Below are positions 1-18,954 of a stretch of 64,000 nt of DNA, piece after piece. The stretch's first letter is position 1. Every line of letters begins with the position of its first letter. The translations under genes and the position numbers were made by a program. The notes under the pieces were generated by a model. It was not told where the DNA came from. It was given only the letters and a program-made list of their open reading frames with translations, and did not search any database. Source of the stretch: Yuukianura sp. NJ FZ-2021 (taxonomy: Eukaryota). The stretch covers positions 4,526,001 through 4,590,000 of the forward strand of contig CM102288.1 in the NCBI GenBank assembly GCA_046563655.1, in the 5' to 3' direction.

Positions 1-421
1 CTATTTCCAGCCGTAAGTAGGAACTTGAACAGGTTTTGGGTGTCCACTTGGTGTCCAAATGGACGAATGCCACCCCTTCTTTCTGAATATACTTGAGAGA
101 TCAGCTAATGGAAGAAGTTTTCTGAAAAGAAGGTCAAAGGTCAAAATGGAAGGCCAAAGGTCAATGACCTGCAGGTCGAACCAAGTTGTTAGTTAACTTG
201 AAAGCTAAATTCAAAACAGTTTCTTACTGTAAGTAAGCAGTCTTGCCAGTAGAAAAGAATGACGAATGATGGTCGTGACCTCCGTGACCTTGATCATGAT
301 ATAGAGCTCCTGGGTCACCGGCGTCGACTATGTCAATCACATGACCTCCTCCCGGTGGAAGAGCAACTACTACAGACGTTATTGTGACAAGGAGTAACAG
401 AATTTGAAAAAGTGTCAACAT
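1..421 (-). CDS. Small secreted His/Gly-rich protein (~104 aa, 2 exons: 421-228, 121-1)
   Basis: ATG at 421 gives a signal peptide (MLTLFQILLLLVTITSVVVA). A GT-AG intron 227-122 (phase 2) joins to an open exon KLLPLADLSSIFRKKGWHSS...YGWK ending in TAG at 3-1. Confidence 0.7.
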
Positions 422-3400
422 TTTGGCACGTTGGTGACAACAAAGCGACAAAAGTGGATTGACTAAAGTCAAGTTCCGACTGAAAGTGAAATTGAAAGTG
501 GATTTGTACTGAGCTTATAAAGCTGCAAAAAATCACAGGATTTTGTATTTTGCAAATAAAAGCCGGTAAGCGTTACATAAAATGAAAGAACGAGTTTGTG
601 ACTCATCCGTTTGCTCCTCCTTGCCAAAATTCCCCAAAACAGCAACTGGTATAATGTGAAGGAATTTTGAGAAAGTGCAACTCTCATTTTGCTAAAAGCA
701 ACTTCCTGGTTTACTGGGTTATACAACAAAGTTATGTAATTTTGCGTGCACGTTCTAGAAAAACGCAAGTGTATAAAGTAAATTTTGAACTATTTTTTGA
801 AAAAAAAAGAAGTACACTATTTTCACAAATGTTGCAAAGTGCAAAAACACTTTAGGTATACATTGTTACGTTGCGGGTGCTCATCTATTTTCTATTTTGA
901 TAGCGTCACTTTCAATTTCCTTTTTTCCTCGTTCCATATCTCTCTTCTAAAATATTAAATTTTGGCGCTCTCAAGAGGATGAAATTCAATTTGCCGAAAA
1001 AGCTGTTTTTTGTATCGTTTTTCACAACCTTTAGGCCAAACATTGACATCAGCATCTATGTCAATTTCGATTTTTCTTTACTTTGCGAAAACACCGTATT
1101 GGCACTGTAGTCAGTAAGTTGTAGACTACAACTACGGTTACACTCACTCACTTTTCACTTTTGGTTTAAAATTCTGTACAAAAGTGCGAAAAGCACTCAA
1201 CTTTTTATCACTTTTCACCTGGCGCGTAGAAATATTTTCCTACTTCCATTTTCAAATTCCGTTTGTCCACTGGTTGTTCCATTAAAAATGGAATACACTA
1301 CGTTCCAATTTCAATTTGTGCTGAAGTTGAAAAAAAGTGAATGTGAAAGCAATTTTTGCAAATATTTTTCAAACTAACAAAGTCCAAAAGTTCCAGAAAT
1401 CACATTTCTTTTTATTAGAAAACCGGTGCTTTCCTTTTTCTGTGACTTAAGTTTTCTTTCAATGATTGAAAATCAACTCTAGGCTTTAGAAGTCTACGTA
1501 GAATACAAAAACGAAAGTGGTTTTGGAAGAATTTTTTAATCAACAAAATTCCAGAACCAAACCGATTTTTTTTTTGAAAATCGAATCAATTTGAGCAGCA
1601 GCTTTTGAAAATGGATTCTCTCCAGAAGGCAGAGCCAAATTCAAAGAAACGGAAAAAGACAAGGAGAAAAATCTGATTGGATTTTTTCAGGAACTCCAGA
1701 CAGCTTTTTTTCTTTGCTTTTTGTGCATTCCAAAGGGCTCCTTATCCGTTTTGTGTTCAGGAATTGAAAAAAATTCGGATTAAAGAAAAAATAGTACGTT
1801 TCAGTACGATTTTCAAGGTTCAATCTGAAAAAGTAACAATGGACCAAACGGAGAAAGGGGCCTCAGGCTGAATATGGCCACTATCGTATACAAGTAGTTA
1901 TTGCAGAAAAGTGGCAAAACTTGAGTGGGAAAACGACTTTTCTTGTCAGAAAATGTTGGGATTGTGCAATTCGCAAAAAGAAACTTGTCTCCCGAAGGGC
2001 CTTCAAGTTCTGAACAAGCTTTTTTCATTTACTTCGTTTCGAAAATCCGGTTTTACACCACTTTCTTCTTATCTACTTTTAGCAGGAAGAGCGAGAAAGT
2101 GTAATAACCGGAATTTTTAAAACAGCCTGAAGAAATAGAGAAAAAATTAAGAAATTTTTCTGGAAATTTGTCGTCAGTACTTTCAAATTCAAAGAAAAAA
2201 TGACTGGCTTAATTTTTGTTTCGTAAAGTACTTTAAAACTTACATATAGAACTCCAAAGCCCTGGTGGATTTAAAAACTAATTTCCGGAGTATTTTTTTT
2301 GAAACGTACTTTACAATTAAAAATGTAACTTTTTTATCTTAAATATGTATTCCTTAAGTAGGTGTTCGTAGAATATAAAAATTTTGAATCTCACAACCGA
2401 GTTAAAAGGCAAAATCTTTACACATTTTTCTAAAACAAACTTAAAGCCAATTTCTTCAATAAATTTTTCCCACAAATATTCGTTTTTCCCTAACGTGGAA
2501 AATTTTGTCAATATTTTTTACTGCGTCAATAAATATTTCGTTTTCCAAAACGAAAAAAGTTGTTTTGGCAAGTGTAGAAAGCAACTAAGAGCCAAATATT
2601 TTGTTGACTTTGGTTCTGAGCCTGGAGCAAAGACGAAGGAGGGCGAAGTTTCTTGTTTATTTTGGTGAAAGTTGGAGTAAAAGCGTCAGAAGTCGGAGGA
2701 TGTGCAAAGTGTGCAGAATCATTCAGAGATGTTACAGAGCGTACAAGATCTTTTGGGAATCGAAGGAGGGGAGGGGACTGTGATGTCAATAAATTTGTGT
2801 GAGGACGTTCTCAATTGAAGGGGAACAGGAAAGAGACTGAGGAAATTGAATTAGCCACCAACTTCCTTTATCTTTTCCCGCGTCACTTTCTCCTGGGAAA
2901 ACCCTACTACACAAATTCTGTAAACATTCAACATGCCTACTCTTACAAACTGGAATACCAATAGTTCCGTTCGGAGTAGCGGCGGTTGACATGAATTTTA
3001 CATTCGAGGGCTTTCACCAACAAGGTTCTGCGCTCAGTTGACTTTCTCTTCCTTTTCTTCAAAGAAAAACTTGTGTTTTGCAACTTAAATTGGGGCGATG
3101 AAAGTAAAATTTAGAAAAGGAAAAGAGAAAGTTGAATTTAAAAAAACGGCGGAAGAGGAGGTAAGTGGAATTTTTAAAAAAAGACGACGAGAAAAAAGTT
3201 TTTGTAAAATTGAAACGGAGAAAGTTTTGGCAAAATTTTACTAGGAGAAGATTGTCTTATTCGGTTTTCTAATTTTCCTTGAATTATAACAATTTTAAAC
3301 AAATTAAGCTTGACTTGACAAAAGATTTAAGAGAAATGGCGAATCTTAGAAATGGGTTTCAAACGAATAGCGTCCCATACAACGAAATTACAAATTCTAA

Positions 3401-3636
3401 CGTAACCTAACCTAACAAAAGACAAACCGCGATGAATTTTTAATTACGCACAGCAGTTACTCAAAGTGTCACCTTTGCCCGCTTAGAGTAATGCATTTGA
3501 GGTGCTAAATGTTTCGCTTAACTTAACCTACATTAACCGCAAATGCTCAAAATGTCGCTGAATGAACGTGTCCAGGTAGAATTTTAGCTCTAATTTATTA
3601 CGCTTTCACTCCAGAATAGTAGAGTTTAAGTTCAAA

Positions 3637-3816
3637 ATGCAAAGTGCGCAGAGTGAAAGCATAATAAATTCAAGTGACGAGAACCCAAACACGGGAGTGG
3701 ATAAATGGCCAGCACGAGGCTTCACATTCAACGTTCATGAAGGTGAAACCGCCGCGGTGTTAACGGTTTTCAGCATCATGATTATTGTTTCCTTTGTCCT
3801 TCGGCTGGAATTGTAA
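3637..3816 (+). CDS. Putative 59-aa tail-anchored micropeptide
   Basis: AAAATG start just after the acceptor ctttcactccag (3614). The ORF MQSAQSES...AAVLTVFSIMIIVSFVLRLEL* ends in a hydrophobic segment. Candidate upstream donors at 3161 and 3576. No homology recognised. Confidence 0.35.
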   Translation: MQSAQSESIINSSDENPNTGVDKWPARGFTFNVHEGETAAVLTVFSIMIIVSFVLRLEL

Positions 3817-4091
3817 ATTCTTGTAGTCTGACGTCAGTGTCGTGTCAAGTCATAAGTCACTTTTGTTTATGAACACCAAATCCCTGGAGCTCCTGGATAA
3901 CGTCGAGTGCTCTGCTCAATGAATCTGGAAAACATCAATCCTTGTCACCCAAAAACCGTTCACTCTCAGTCACATGTCATATCTCTCACGAACCACTGAC
4001 GCCATTGTTAAGTCCACACAAACTAATGTACAATGTCCAACATTCTTTTATTACGTCAAGTTAAACTTTCTTTTTGTAAAAATTGTTGAGG

Positions 4092-5907
4092 TCAAGGTGA
4101 AGGTCGTGGAATGTGGAGTGTGTGGCGGAGGTCATCGACAGACTGTGACACAAGTCCCGTTTTTTGACCACCAAACTTAACTTCCATGCCACCGCTGCGC
4201 CGAGGAGGCATAATGTCAAGTCGGCTCTTCCTTCCGGTGGATCTTCTTTGACGTTTGCCTGCCCCATCCCCGTCGGGGTCAATGTCATTTGAGCCTCTGG
4301 CGTCGTGAGGACCAAGGTAGGAGACGATGCTTGAGTCACTGATGTCCGGAGATCCAAGTTCAGGGACGCTTGACGCACTGCTACTTGAGCTGTCCGACTC
4401 ATGCAGATGCTTAGGAACGTCAGCGTATTCTTCAACTTCCTCCACGGCGTGATGCCACATGGCCACAATCAGGACGCATCCGGCTATCAACAGCGCGTCT
4501 ATCACCGACAAAACCTATGGTCAAAAAGTCAAAATTCAGGGTCAAAACGTCAAAATTTTGGTTCAAAAGGTCAAAATTTTGGTCAAAACGTCAAATTTCT
4601 CGGTCAAAAGGTCAAAATCTTACGTCAAAAGTTTAACATTCTGGATCAAAAGTGGAAATTCTTGGTCAAAAGTAAAAATCTTAAGTCAAAAGGTCAAAAT
4701 TCTGAGTCAAGTATAGAAACTTTGGTCACTGCGACCTTACAATGACAAAAAGCTTTTCACGATCCGCTGGACAGACATAGTTGTCCTGAATGTGGTGCAG
4801 CAGTTCCTCTGGTGGCTCTCCTTTGAAACAGTATGTATAGATCGGTTGACCTTTGACCATGAGTGAGTTGACCGAGTCGACGAGTGACCCGCGCAGGATG
4901 ACCTGCGGCGTGTGGTAGTACACCTCCAGGCTCTTCGAAATCCCAGCAAGCTCACTGTGAACTTTAAAGTACGTCGCAAAAATGTTGTAGATGAGATAGC
5001 ACTTCGCACACAGCATCAAACAGTGGAACACACCAGTCTAAAAGGAAAATTAGCCTAAATTAGGATAGCAACCTAAATTAGGCTACAACTCTAATTTAGG
5101 TTGTACAACCCAATTTCATCCATGTTTTGAATTTCAAGTTTCGCGAAGTTAGGAAAGCCAAGTTCATTTTTAGCATTTCATAAAAATTCAAATTTGAGTT
5201 TTTTAAAAGCCTTTCCTAATCAACTTTCACCCGCCCACTGCGCTTCTCTTTCTCTTTTAGTAATTCGGATGCACTCATCTTGTAATTAGGTTTTTGAATG
5301 AAACCACATCTTTAGTAGGTAAGTTCCGTTTCCAGTTGGAATAGTAAATTAACCTAATATAGGCCAACCTAATATTAGGCTAACCTTATATTAGGTTGGT
5401 CTCGTGTTAGGTCATGAGGTCATACCCAGATGACGCGAACTCGAAAGTTTTTGTACAAAAAGAAGTGCGAGAGGTTGATTGCGTAGAGAGCTGCAGTGGC
5501 GATGGAAGAAATGAAAAAATAAACTTGCTCCTTGGAGAATCGACTTAATTTTCGTCGCCATATTTCCTCTTTTCCAAAAATGTCGTTGAGGTCGTCAGCA
5601 TTTCGTTCCAGAAAATGGAGTTTCCCGTTGATCACATTATGGTTGTACTCCTCATCTTGCAGTATGGAGACCAAGATGGCTATAATTGATCCAAATTGTA
5701 TCAACTGAAAGAAAAAACACATAATTTGAAAAAAAAATACACACAAATTGAAAAAGAAGAATTTTGACGGCTTACCAAATGAGCAACTTGGTGACAAGCG
5801 ACGATAATGAAAAACTTCCGGTTCGTTTTCCCCGACTTCTTGGTCGTTTTGGCTCCGCCTTCTTCAGCCGGCGACAAAAACTCGTGAACAAATTGAAACA
5901 GAACCAT
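4092..5907 (-). CDS. Orphan four-transmembrane protein (exons 5907-5776, 5704-5426, 5037-4741, 4514-4092)
   Basis: Four ORF-track fragments join in frame through phase-0 GT-AG introns. There are four hydrophobic segments, a Cys-containing loop between TM3 and TM4, and a Ser/acidic/basic tail. An upstream ATG|GTGAG at 6017 may be an alternative start. Confidence 0.65.
4519..4710. repeat. Degenerate ~20-21 bp tandem minisatellite (GGTCAAAANGTCAAAATTYT), about 9 copies, intronic
   Basis: Directly visible repeats of ggtcaaaa..gtcaaaat filling most of intron 4740-4515. Confidence 0.9.
5049..5412. repeat. Two arrays of short palindromes (AACCTAA-W-TTAGG) at both ends of an intron (5049-5112, 5369-5412)
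   Basis: Visible units aacctaaattaggc, aactctaatttaggtt, aacctaatattaggc and aaccttatattaggtt. Confidence 0.7.
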
Positions 5908-6274
5908 TTTTGAAAAAAGTTGGCGTTTCTCTCGGTTTTGAAACAAAAATTGGACACGAGAACCAATGAAATTAAAATTCGTAGTGAGAAACTTCTAAAT
6001 TTTTACTTGCTCACCATGAAAACGAAGAAAAATTGACACAAAATTTTCTCGGGGACAGGAAGTTTGCAGGCATGAGAAGACAAGAAAATACTCAGAACGA
6101 ATATTTCAAAAAATCTTAAAAAGATCAAAAATTTTGAAAAATGATCACAGAAGACATTTATTTTCACTTTCTTGTTCCATTTGTATCACAATCATGGAAG
6201 ATATTTTTTGAAATGCAGTCGTAATTTGTACTTTTAGTGTGTAGATTATAACTTTTGTATTGTTTAGCCGTTGT

Positions 6275-7001
6275 TTAGTTGTCAGCACCTTGTGGCAAGT
6301 ACTGCTCTATGCGCGTGCGTCCACTATTCAAGTCTCGAATCATTTGCTGATGTCGCCGACGTGCATCATTAGCACGTTCAACAAACGGCTGACGTTCTTG
6401 GCGGCTCATTCGACGCCAAGCTTGTCCCGAGATAGGCCCAAACTCTCGAATTCCCCGTCCGTTGCCTTCTCTCTAAAATAGCAAGAAGGAAATTAGCCAG
6501 GCAGGTCAAAGGTCACAAGAGGTCAAATGCTAAAGTCCTTACTTCATACATTTCACGAGCAAAAATGATGTAAGCATTTCCCGGGCGTTTGAGAACTGCA
6601 TGACGTCGCTTGTACTCGGCCAAGTCTCGCTCGAACTTAACTCGTGCTTGACGTACTTGACTGGCAAACTGAGCATGGATATTCGGATTGGTACGCCAGT
6701 AGTTTGCAGCATATCGCATAGACTCCGCAGTCTGGAACAAGTAAATGTTAGAGGTCAATGACCTTTGACCTAAATGGTTACTTTGCCTTCTGATCGTGAG
6801 TTGTTTTCTTACCGTGAAGAAGTTTCGAGCCATTGGAGATTGAAAGTACTGTTGAATGAAACAGTTGAAGGCCGTGGGGGGTTTTCGAGGTCGGCGGGGC
6901 ATAACGCTCCGAATTTGAGGTCCCCCGAAGTGGTGTTTTCGTCTCCGACCGGCACGACGAATAATCACCCGCTGACCGTTTGCTGCATTTCGACCATCCA
7001 T
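6275..7001 (-). CDS. Arg-rich tandem HMG-box protein, 191 aa (exons 7001-6813, 6731-6543, 6472-6275)
   Basis: Two HMG-box starts, PRKPPTAFNCF and LKRPGNAYIIF, each with a downstream Trp (ANYWR, QAWRRMSRQERQPF). Canonical GT-AG introns. Confidence 0.85.
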
Positions 7002-7162
7002 GTTTGTAGATCGATTTGTCGTTGCACGTTTTACACACAAAAAGCTTGAAAGGTCAATAGGTCACTGGTGTTGCTGTTGAAAAAATCGAAAATAATCAGA
7101 GGTATAAGCAACAGTTGAAAACAAAAACTATCAAATCTGGAAAATCCGCTCGATGTTGGCCC

Positions 7163-7211
7163 CTTTTATAGCCAATAGCTCATGACGTCACAGCTGAGAG
7201 GTCATTGACCT
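7163..7211 (-). promoter_or_regulatory. Dense promoter of the HMG-box gene: TATAAAAG, CCAAT, CRE, E-box, IR1
   Basis: TATAAAAG at 7170-7163 (minus strand), CCAAT 7172-7176, TGACGTCA 7183-7190, CAGCTG 7191-7196 and AGGTCATTGACCT 7199-7211, about 160-210 bp upstream of the ATG. Confidence 0.6.
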
Positions 7212-8112
7212 CGTCGGATTCGGCTTGTCTCAATTCACCCCAGCGCAGCAAAAAAAATCTTTCTAATTGCAGTGAGTTAGCAGTAAGTTAACTTAAAATT
7301 GCTCCAAAATTACTTAACTCGTTTTTAAAGTTAGCGTTTTATTTCCACAACATGCTTGAGAACATAAGAACACAATTTAGAATATTTTTTAATTTCTTTA
7401 CATGCTTTTAGATTGCCGCTGATTTCGTCTTGAGCTAAAACACTAAATTGACTAAACAGCTACAACAGTTTAATTTTAGGCAGTACTACTTCCCTAATTA
7501 ATTCCACCAAAACTTAACTAATTACTAATTTTTTTTTAATACCCAGCACCACTAGCAGTGAATATTCTGAAACTTAAAAAACTTGCAACACAAAATGCTA
7601 CTCGTCCCTAAATTAAGCCTATCATCTTAACCAATCACAGGAATAAATGAGTACATGAGCACTTGGATTAATTTTAACAAATTAATTGACATAACTTTCT
7701 AAGCTTAAAACAGGCGCCAATGCCAAATCCTACATCAAAACTACCGTAAGGTTTCAACTCCCTTAAATCTAATTTCACACTTTCCTGTTCTAAGCAGGTA
7801 CATTCATTTTTAAGTAAAAACGCCTGAGAGTTCAGAGTGACAGGTCAAATGTCATTGACCTCTCCCTTGGTCTCTAGATCCAATTGCCAGTCTGAGGTCA
7901 GTTGTATATTTATCTGTATTTCTCACATTTCCGTTGCAAAACGATAGTTTGTACGATATAAACTTAAACCAGAACCCGCGCCAACTTGCTTTTCGCGCAA
8001 CTTTTCTTTGGATTGTTCTAAATGGCCGGGACCTTAATTTTTTTAAGCTTTCAGAATTTTTTTCTCAGAAAAATCAAATTAATCAAATTAAAACTAACTG
8101 AAATTCACGACG

Positions 8113-14958
<6,846 letters not shown>

Positions 14959-16719
14959 GTCGATATGACTGGTATTGACCCTTCAGTCAGCCTAAATACT
15001 CCTCTGCAGCAGCAGCAGCAAATTGTAACACTTGTGGTTCTTGACCTTCCGTTAGGATGTTAGAAGTTATCTACGAGACAATGCAAATGTAAATGTAAAG
15101 ATGAGTAAGAGTCCACTTCGTCAATGCCAATTTGCTGCGGATTGGTTTATCTAATCTCGTTCGTTGGTTCTGCTAAAATCACTTTAAAAAAAAATGACAT
15201 TACAACCGTTTACGCATTACAATTGAATTGTCAATTCTCATTGGTAAATTCCCAGGCTCAGATTTTCTCCCTCTATAAAGTACAGTTTGAAGCAGGCATT
15301 GAGTAAATTCGTAATAACGTTATACACAAACTTACAAATTAGTTAATCAATGACCAGGAAATCAAAGAATGACACCGCAAACCACAGAAGAGCAGGCCAT
15401 CAGACACAGGAACCGAAAGCTGAAATCAAAATGATAGTTAATAAATCGCTTGAGTTTAACCACTTCCCCCCAACCCCAATAGTTACAATTTCTGATTAAC
15501 TTAATTAACCTCTGCCTTAATTAATTTCGAATTTCTTGCGTTATGAATGAGTGGAAAGAGACAGATACTTGGAACCCATTCGGTCTATTCCTTCCAGACA
15601 AAGGCCTCACCTTTGACCTTTGACTCCAAATCCAGAATAAAAACAATACAGAAATGAATAATACTTACTTTAGGAATTAACTCAACTCGTTTAGATTTAT
15701 AATTTGATGACGTCTAATACGCTGACGAAGATGATAACACGAATATCCATTTGCACGAAAATAAATTGTGTGTGAAATGAAATGAAACTGTAAACGCAAC
15801 TGAGCAGCTGATCGAGTTTGTATACAGCACTCGGGATGAATGAATTACTATTCACGAAAATCTGTAAACTTTGCACAGGCTTTTAGAGTTTACTTTACGC
15901 TTTCATTTCTCGACTTAATTTGTGAAAAAATATTTGTAAATTGCAACGGAGAGATGAGTAGTAGAAAGAACTCGAGCGATTGTGAAATTTTTTGGCATAT
16001 GTGTCGAATGGAGATGAGGAGAGATGAGTTCCTAAAAAACTTTAGAGTTTCTTGCCATTTGGTTCAAATTCTAAAATACACTACTACTGCAGCATCATCT
16101 CGCCAGACAAAGAACAATAGGATATAAAAAGTACTTACACCAAAGAAAGACACAAGTTAAGCCATAAGAGTAAAGAATTTAATTGCTTTAAAAAAATTAA
16201 GGTCACACTTATCACCACAAAGGCCATGATGACGTGAACAAAAAATCTGTCTTCCCCCTTTCTTGTTTCTTCAACTTGTATTTCCAGTTCTTTTAGTTTA
16301 AAAAAAAGTAATAAGAGATTTAGTTTGTGTTTTATTCCACGCATGAGACAAATAAAACAAGACTTATTTCGTATTATTTTTTGCAGGATTAATAATTTAA
16401 TATAATAGATGGTTTTTAGTACGTACAACACGAATTGACTTCAAGAATGAATTCAAGATTCAAGAAACCACAGTAAACAATAGAAGGCAGAAGTATCGGC
16501 TGATTCTGAGGATTAGTGCAACAGAGTCGGTTCTCTGTTTGAAAGAGGCAAAAATAAAATTTTGTAATTAAATGAAAAAGAATTTGCTTATTTCTATTTG
16601 CGAATTTTGTTTCGTGTTTGTAGTCTAATCGATGATTTGCTGCTAGTATTTAAAATTCAATTAGTTAACCACCTCGTCAATTAGAAGGAACAGTTGAGAG
16701 TCGTTGATCGGTACTTCTC

Positions 16720-17445
16720 ATGTCGCTATTCACCAGGGCGTTGCTTGCTGGAAGCAACAAAAGTAAGGAAACATTCCATTAAGTATTGAATTTGATTGTT
16801 AACTTTTTGACATTTGTTGATTTTCTAGGCATCTTGCAAGGGTTTAGCAATGGATCAATCCGGAATTTCACGGCGCTTCACCACCGAATGATACCGCAGG
16901 CCTCAACAGCCATTTTTTCATCTTCTCAACCACGACCTCTGACACTCGTGCCGTCCCGACTATCTTCGAATCATGTCCCATTGTGGAGTGCTGAAAAGGT
17001 TTTTCAAAAATCGAAGTTAAATGTTTTAAAACAAGGTTTAGCGCTATGTTTTGACGGTCGAAGTTCCTTTCTTTTAGGCCCTTAGCGCTGCTCTTCTGCC
17101 GATCATCCCCGCAGCGTTCCTTTGTCCAAGCACTACGATGGACTATCTTCTAGCTTTTGCCATTACACTTCACGCACACTGGTAATTGAACGTGTTGTTT
17201 GTTTTTGCAAAACAAGTCTGCTCCTAAGGTCAATGCTCAGGCTCACCTCGATTTTTTCTGTCTTTAGGGGCATCGAAGCTGTTGTGGTTGACTATGTCCG
17301 CCCATCAATATTTGGGGAGGTCATACCCAAGGTAGCAGTCGCCATTGTCTTTGCCTTCAGTGCATTTATGCTTGGCGGATTATGCTACTTCACTTACACT
17401 GATGTCGGACTTGTCAAGGCTGTTAAAATGCTTTGGAAGTTGTAA
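16720..17445 (+). CDS. SDHD: Succinate dehydrogenase cytochrome b small subunit (exons 16720-16762, 16829-16998, 17078-17181, 17268-17445)
   Basis: Mitochondrial presequence, then HVPLWSAEK, LHAHWGIEAVVVDYVRP and YFTYTDVGLVKAVKMLWKL. Confidence 0.95.
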
Positions 17446-17965
17446 GTCTAGCGGAAGAATTCGGAAGGTCAGACATTGGAACCTAATACACTGCATCAAG
17501 AATTACGACAACGTAATTATTCGCTACTTCTTCAATTTAAAACGTAGTAAACCTACAAAAATTAAACTTAAGCTTAGAGCTTGAAGCGACAGACATGCTT
17601 AAGCGTCATATTTCGTCTTTTATTTCTTATAATTTTTCCTTAACTCCTACAAACACATGCAAAATGTGAAATTACAATTTCGAGTCGCCCCATATTTTTT
17701 GCTTTTAACAAATTGTTCTTAGCAAAATGTCAAAACAAACGACAAATGTTTCACTTACCGTTTCAATTCGAATTGAAATTGAAACTAATGTAAAGCTTTG
17801 AGTTCAGAGGGTTATAATGGTAACCAGTTTTCGAAAAAATGCTGAGAATCGTCAACGAGTCAGGGAGTGGGCACTGGGGGTATTGAAACGACTTTTGTAA
17901 TGAAAATGGTATCAAACAAAAATTCCAGCCGAGTATTTACCGGACGGAGATTATTGATGAAGTTT

Positions 17966-18954
17966 TTATACAGATGAAGTTTCAATATTAGTTTTGGAAT
18001 CGGAACGTTGGTCTCCGTTTTGAAAGTGGTCGTAGTAGGTACGAATCGCAGAATGCTGCTTAGGTCCAAGCAAAATATGTGGACGACAATTTTGAATGTG
18101 TCGAACAGCTTCAGTTGGATCCCACTTGTTTTGCTGGATAATGGACAAAACGAAATTAAAATTTTGTCAACAAATTACCCAAATGTCAACTGTTTTGGAG
18201 AATCACTTACCTCCATGAGATAACAGGCGACCAGCGTAGCACTTCTTGTTCTTCCGGCTTTACAATGAACGTAAACCGTTCCTTGTCCTTGGAGATTTTT
18301 GATGAATTCGACCCCTTGCTTCAATTTCTCTTGATCTGGAGCTTCAAAAATATCACGAGTCGGTAGCTGCAGAAAACGAATTCCTACGTTCTCCCAACCC
18401 TGCGAATCATCAAAAACGATGCAATTGAACTTCTTGAAAACAATTACTTTTGGAAGTAATTTGAACAAGTTCTGTCACCTCTGTCTGATGTGAGAACATT
18501 TTGAGTTCATAGTCTTCGTTCATCGATACGATACCGACGACGTTCTCTTCCTTGAGCTGTTCCACCATGGATCGGAACGGGAGTGCACCCAGGATGACGT
18601 TGGTGTCAATCCGGTCAAACCACTGACGATTCGATACTCGCTCCATGACGACATTGTACATCAACGTAGGGTAGAACGATAACCTTCCGAACATTCCCGT
18701 CGCTATTGTCTTCAGTTCTGAAAAATTAAAAACGAATTATTGTAGCCTGTTCCGTACTCGATGAAGTCCAAACTGTAAATAAGCCTTCGCTGTTTTAGTA
18801 TTATACTATGGTAAAGCCACAGAAAGTAAAACATTGTCTTCATAACTCAGAGGTCATCAGGTCATTCGTCAAAGTCACAATTGTTGAATTTACGGTGTTA
18901 GATGTTTGGGATACAAAAAACTTAACTTGTTAGCTTACCAAGTGCCATCGCCAT
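17966..18954 (-). CDS. PTPMT1: Mitochondrial phosphatidylglycerophosphatase / dual-specificity phosphatase
   Basis: [30 protein letters not shown], catalytic [14 protein letters not shown] and RPHILL. Four exons (~18954-18939, 18717-18479, 18401-18211, ~18136-17966). Confidence 0.95.

Noticed and set aside
3398..3417. Telomeric (TAACC)n tract
   Set aside because: Only about three units; too short to call an interstitial telomere.
900..3500. Protein gene among the short ORFs of this AT-rich stretch
   Set aside because: No consistent spliced frame or recognisable motif; probably regulatory or UTR sequence.
4401..4745. Plus-strand ORFs with repetitive QKVKI peptides
   Set aside because: Translation artefacts of the intronic minisatellite, antisense to a spliced gene.
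4092..7001. Endogenous viral origin of the orphan 4-TM and HMG genes
   Set aside because: Both have canonical spliceosomal introns like their neighbours and no viral hallmark genes are present.
16135..16431. Hydrophobic 98-aa minus-strand ORF between TMEM184B and SDHD
   Set aside because: AT-rich composition explains the hydrophobicity; at most a non-coding upstream exon (donor at 16138).
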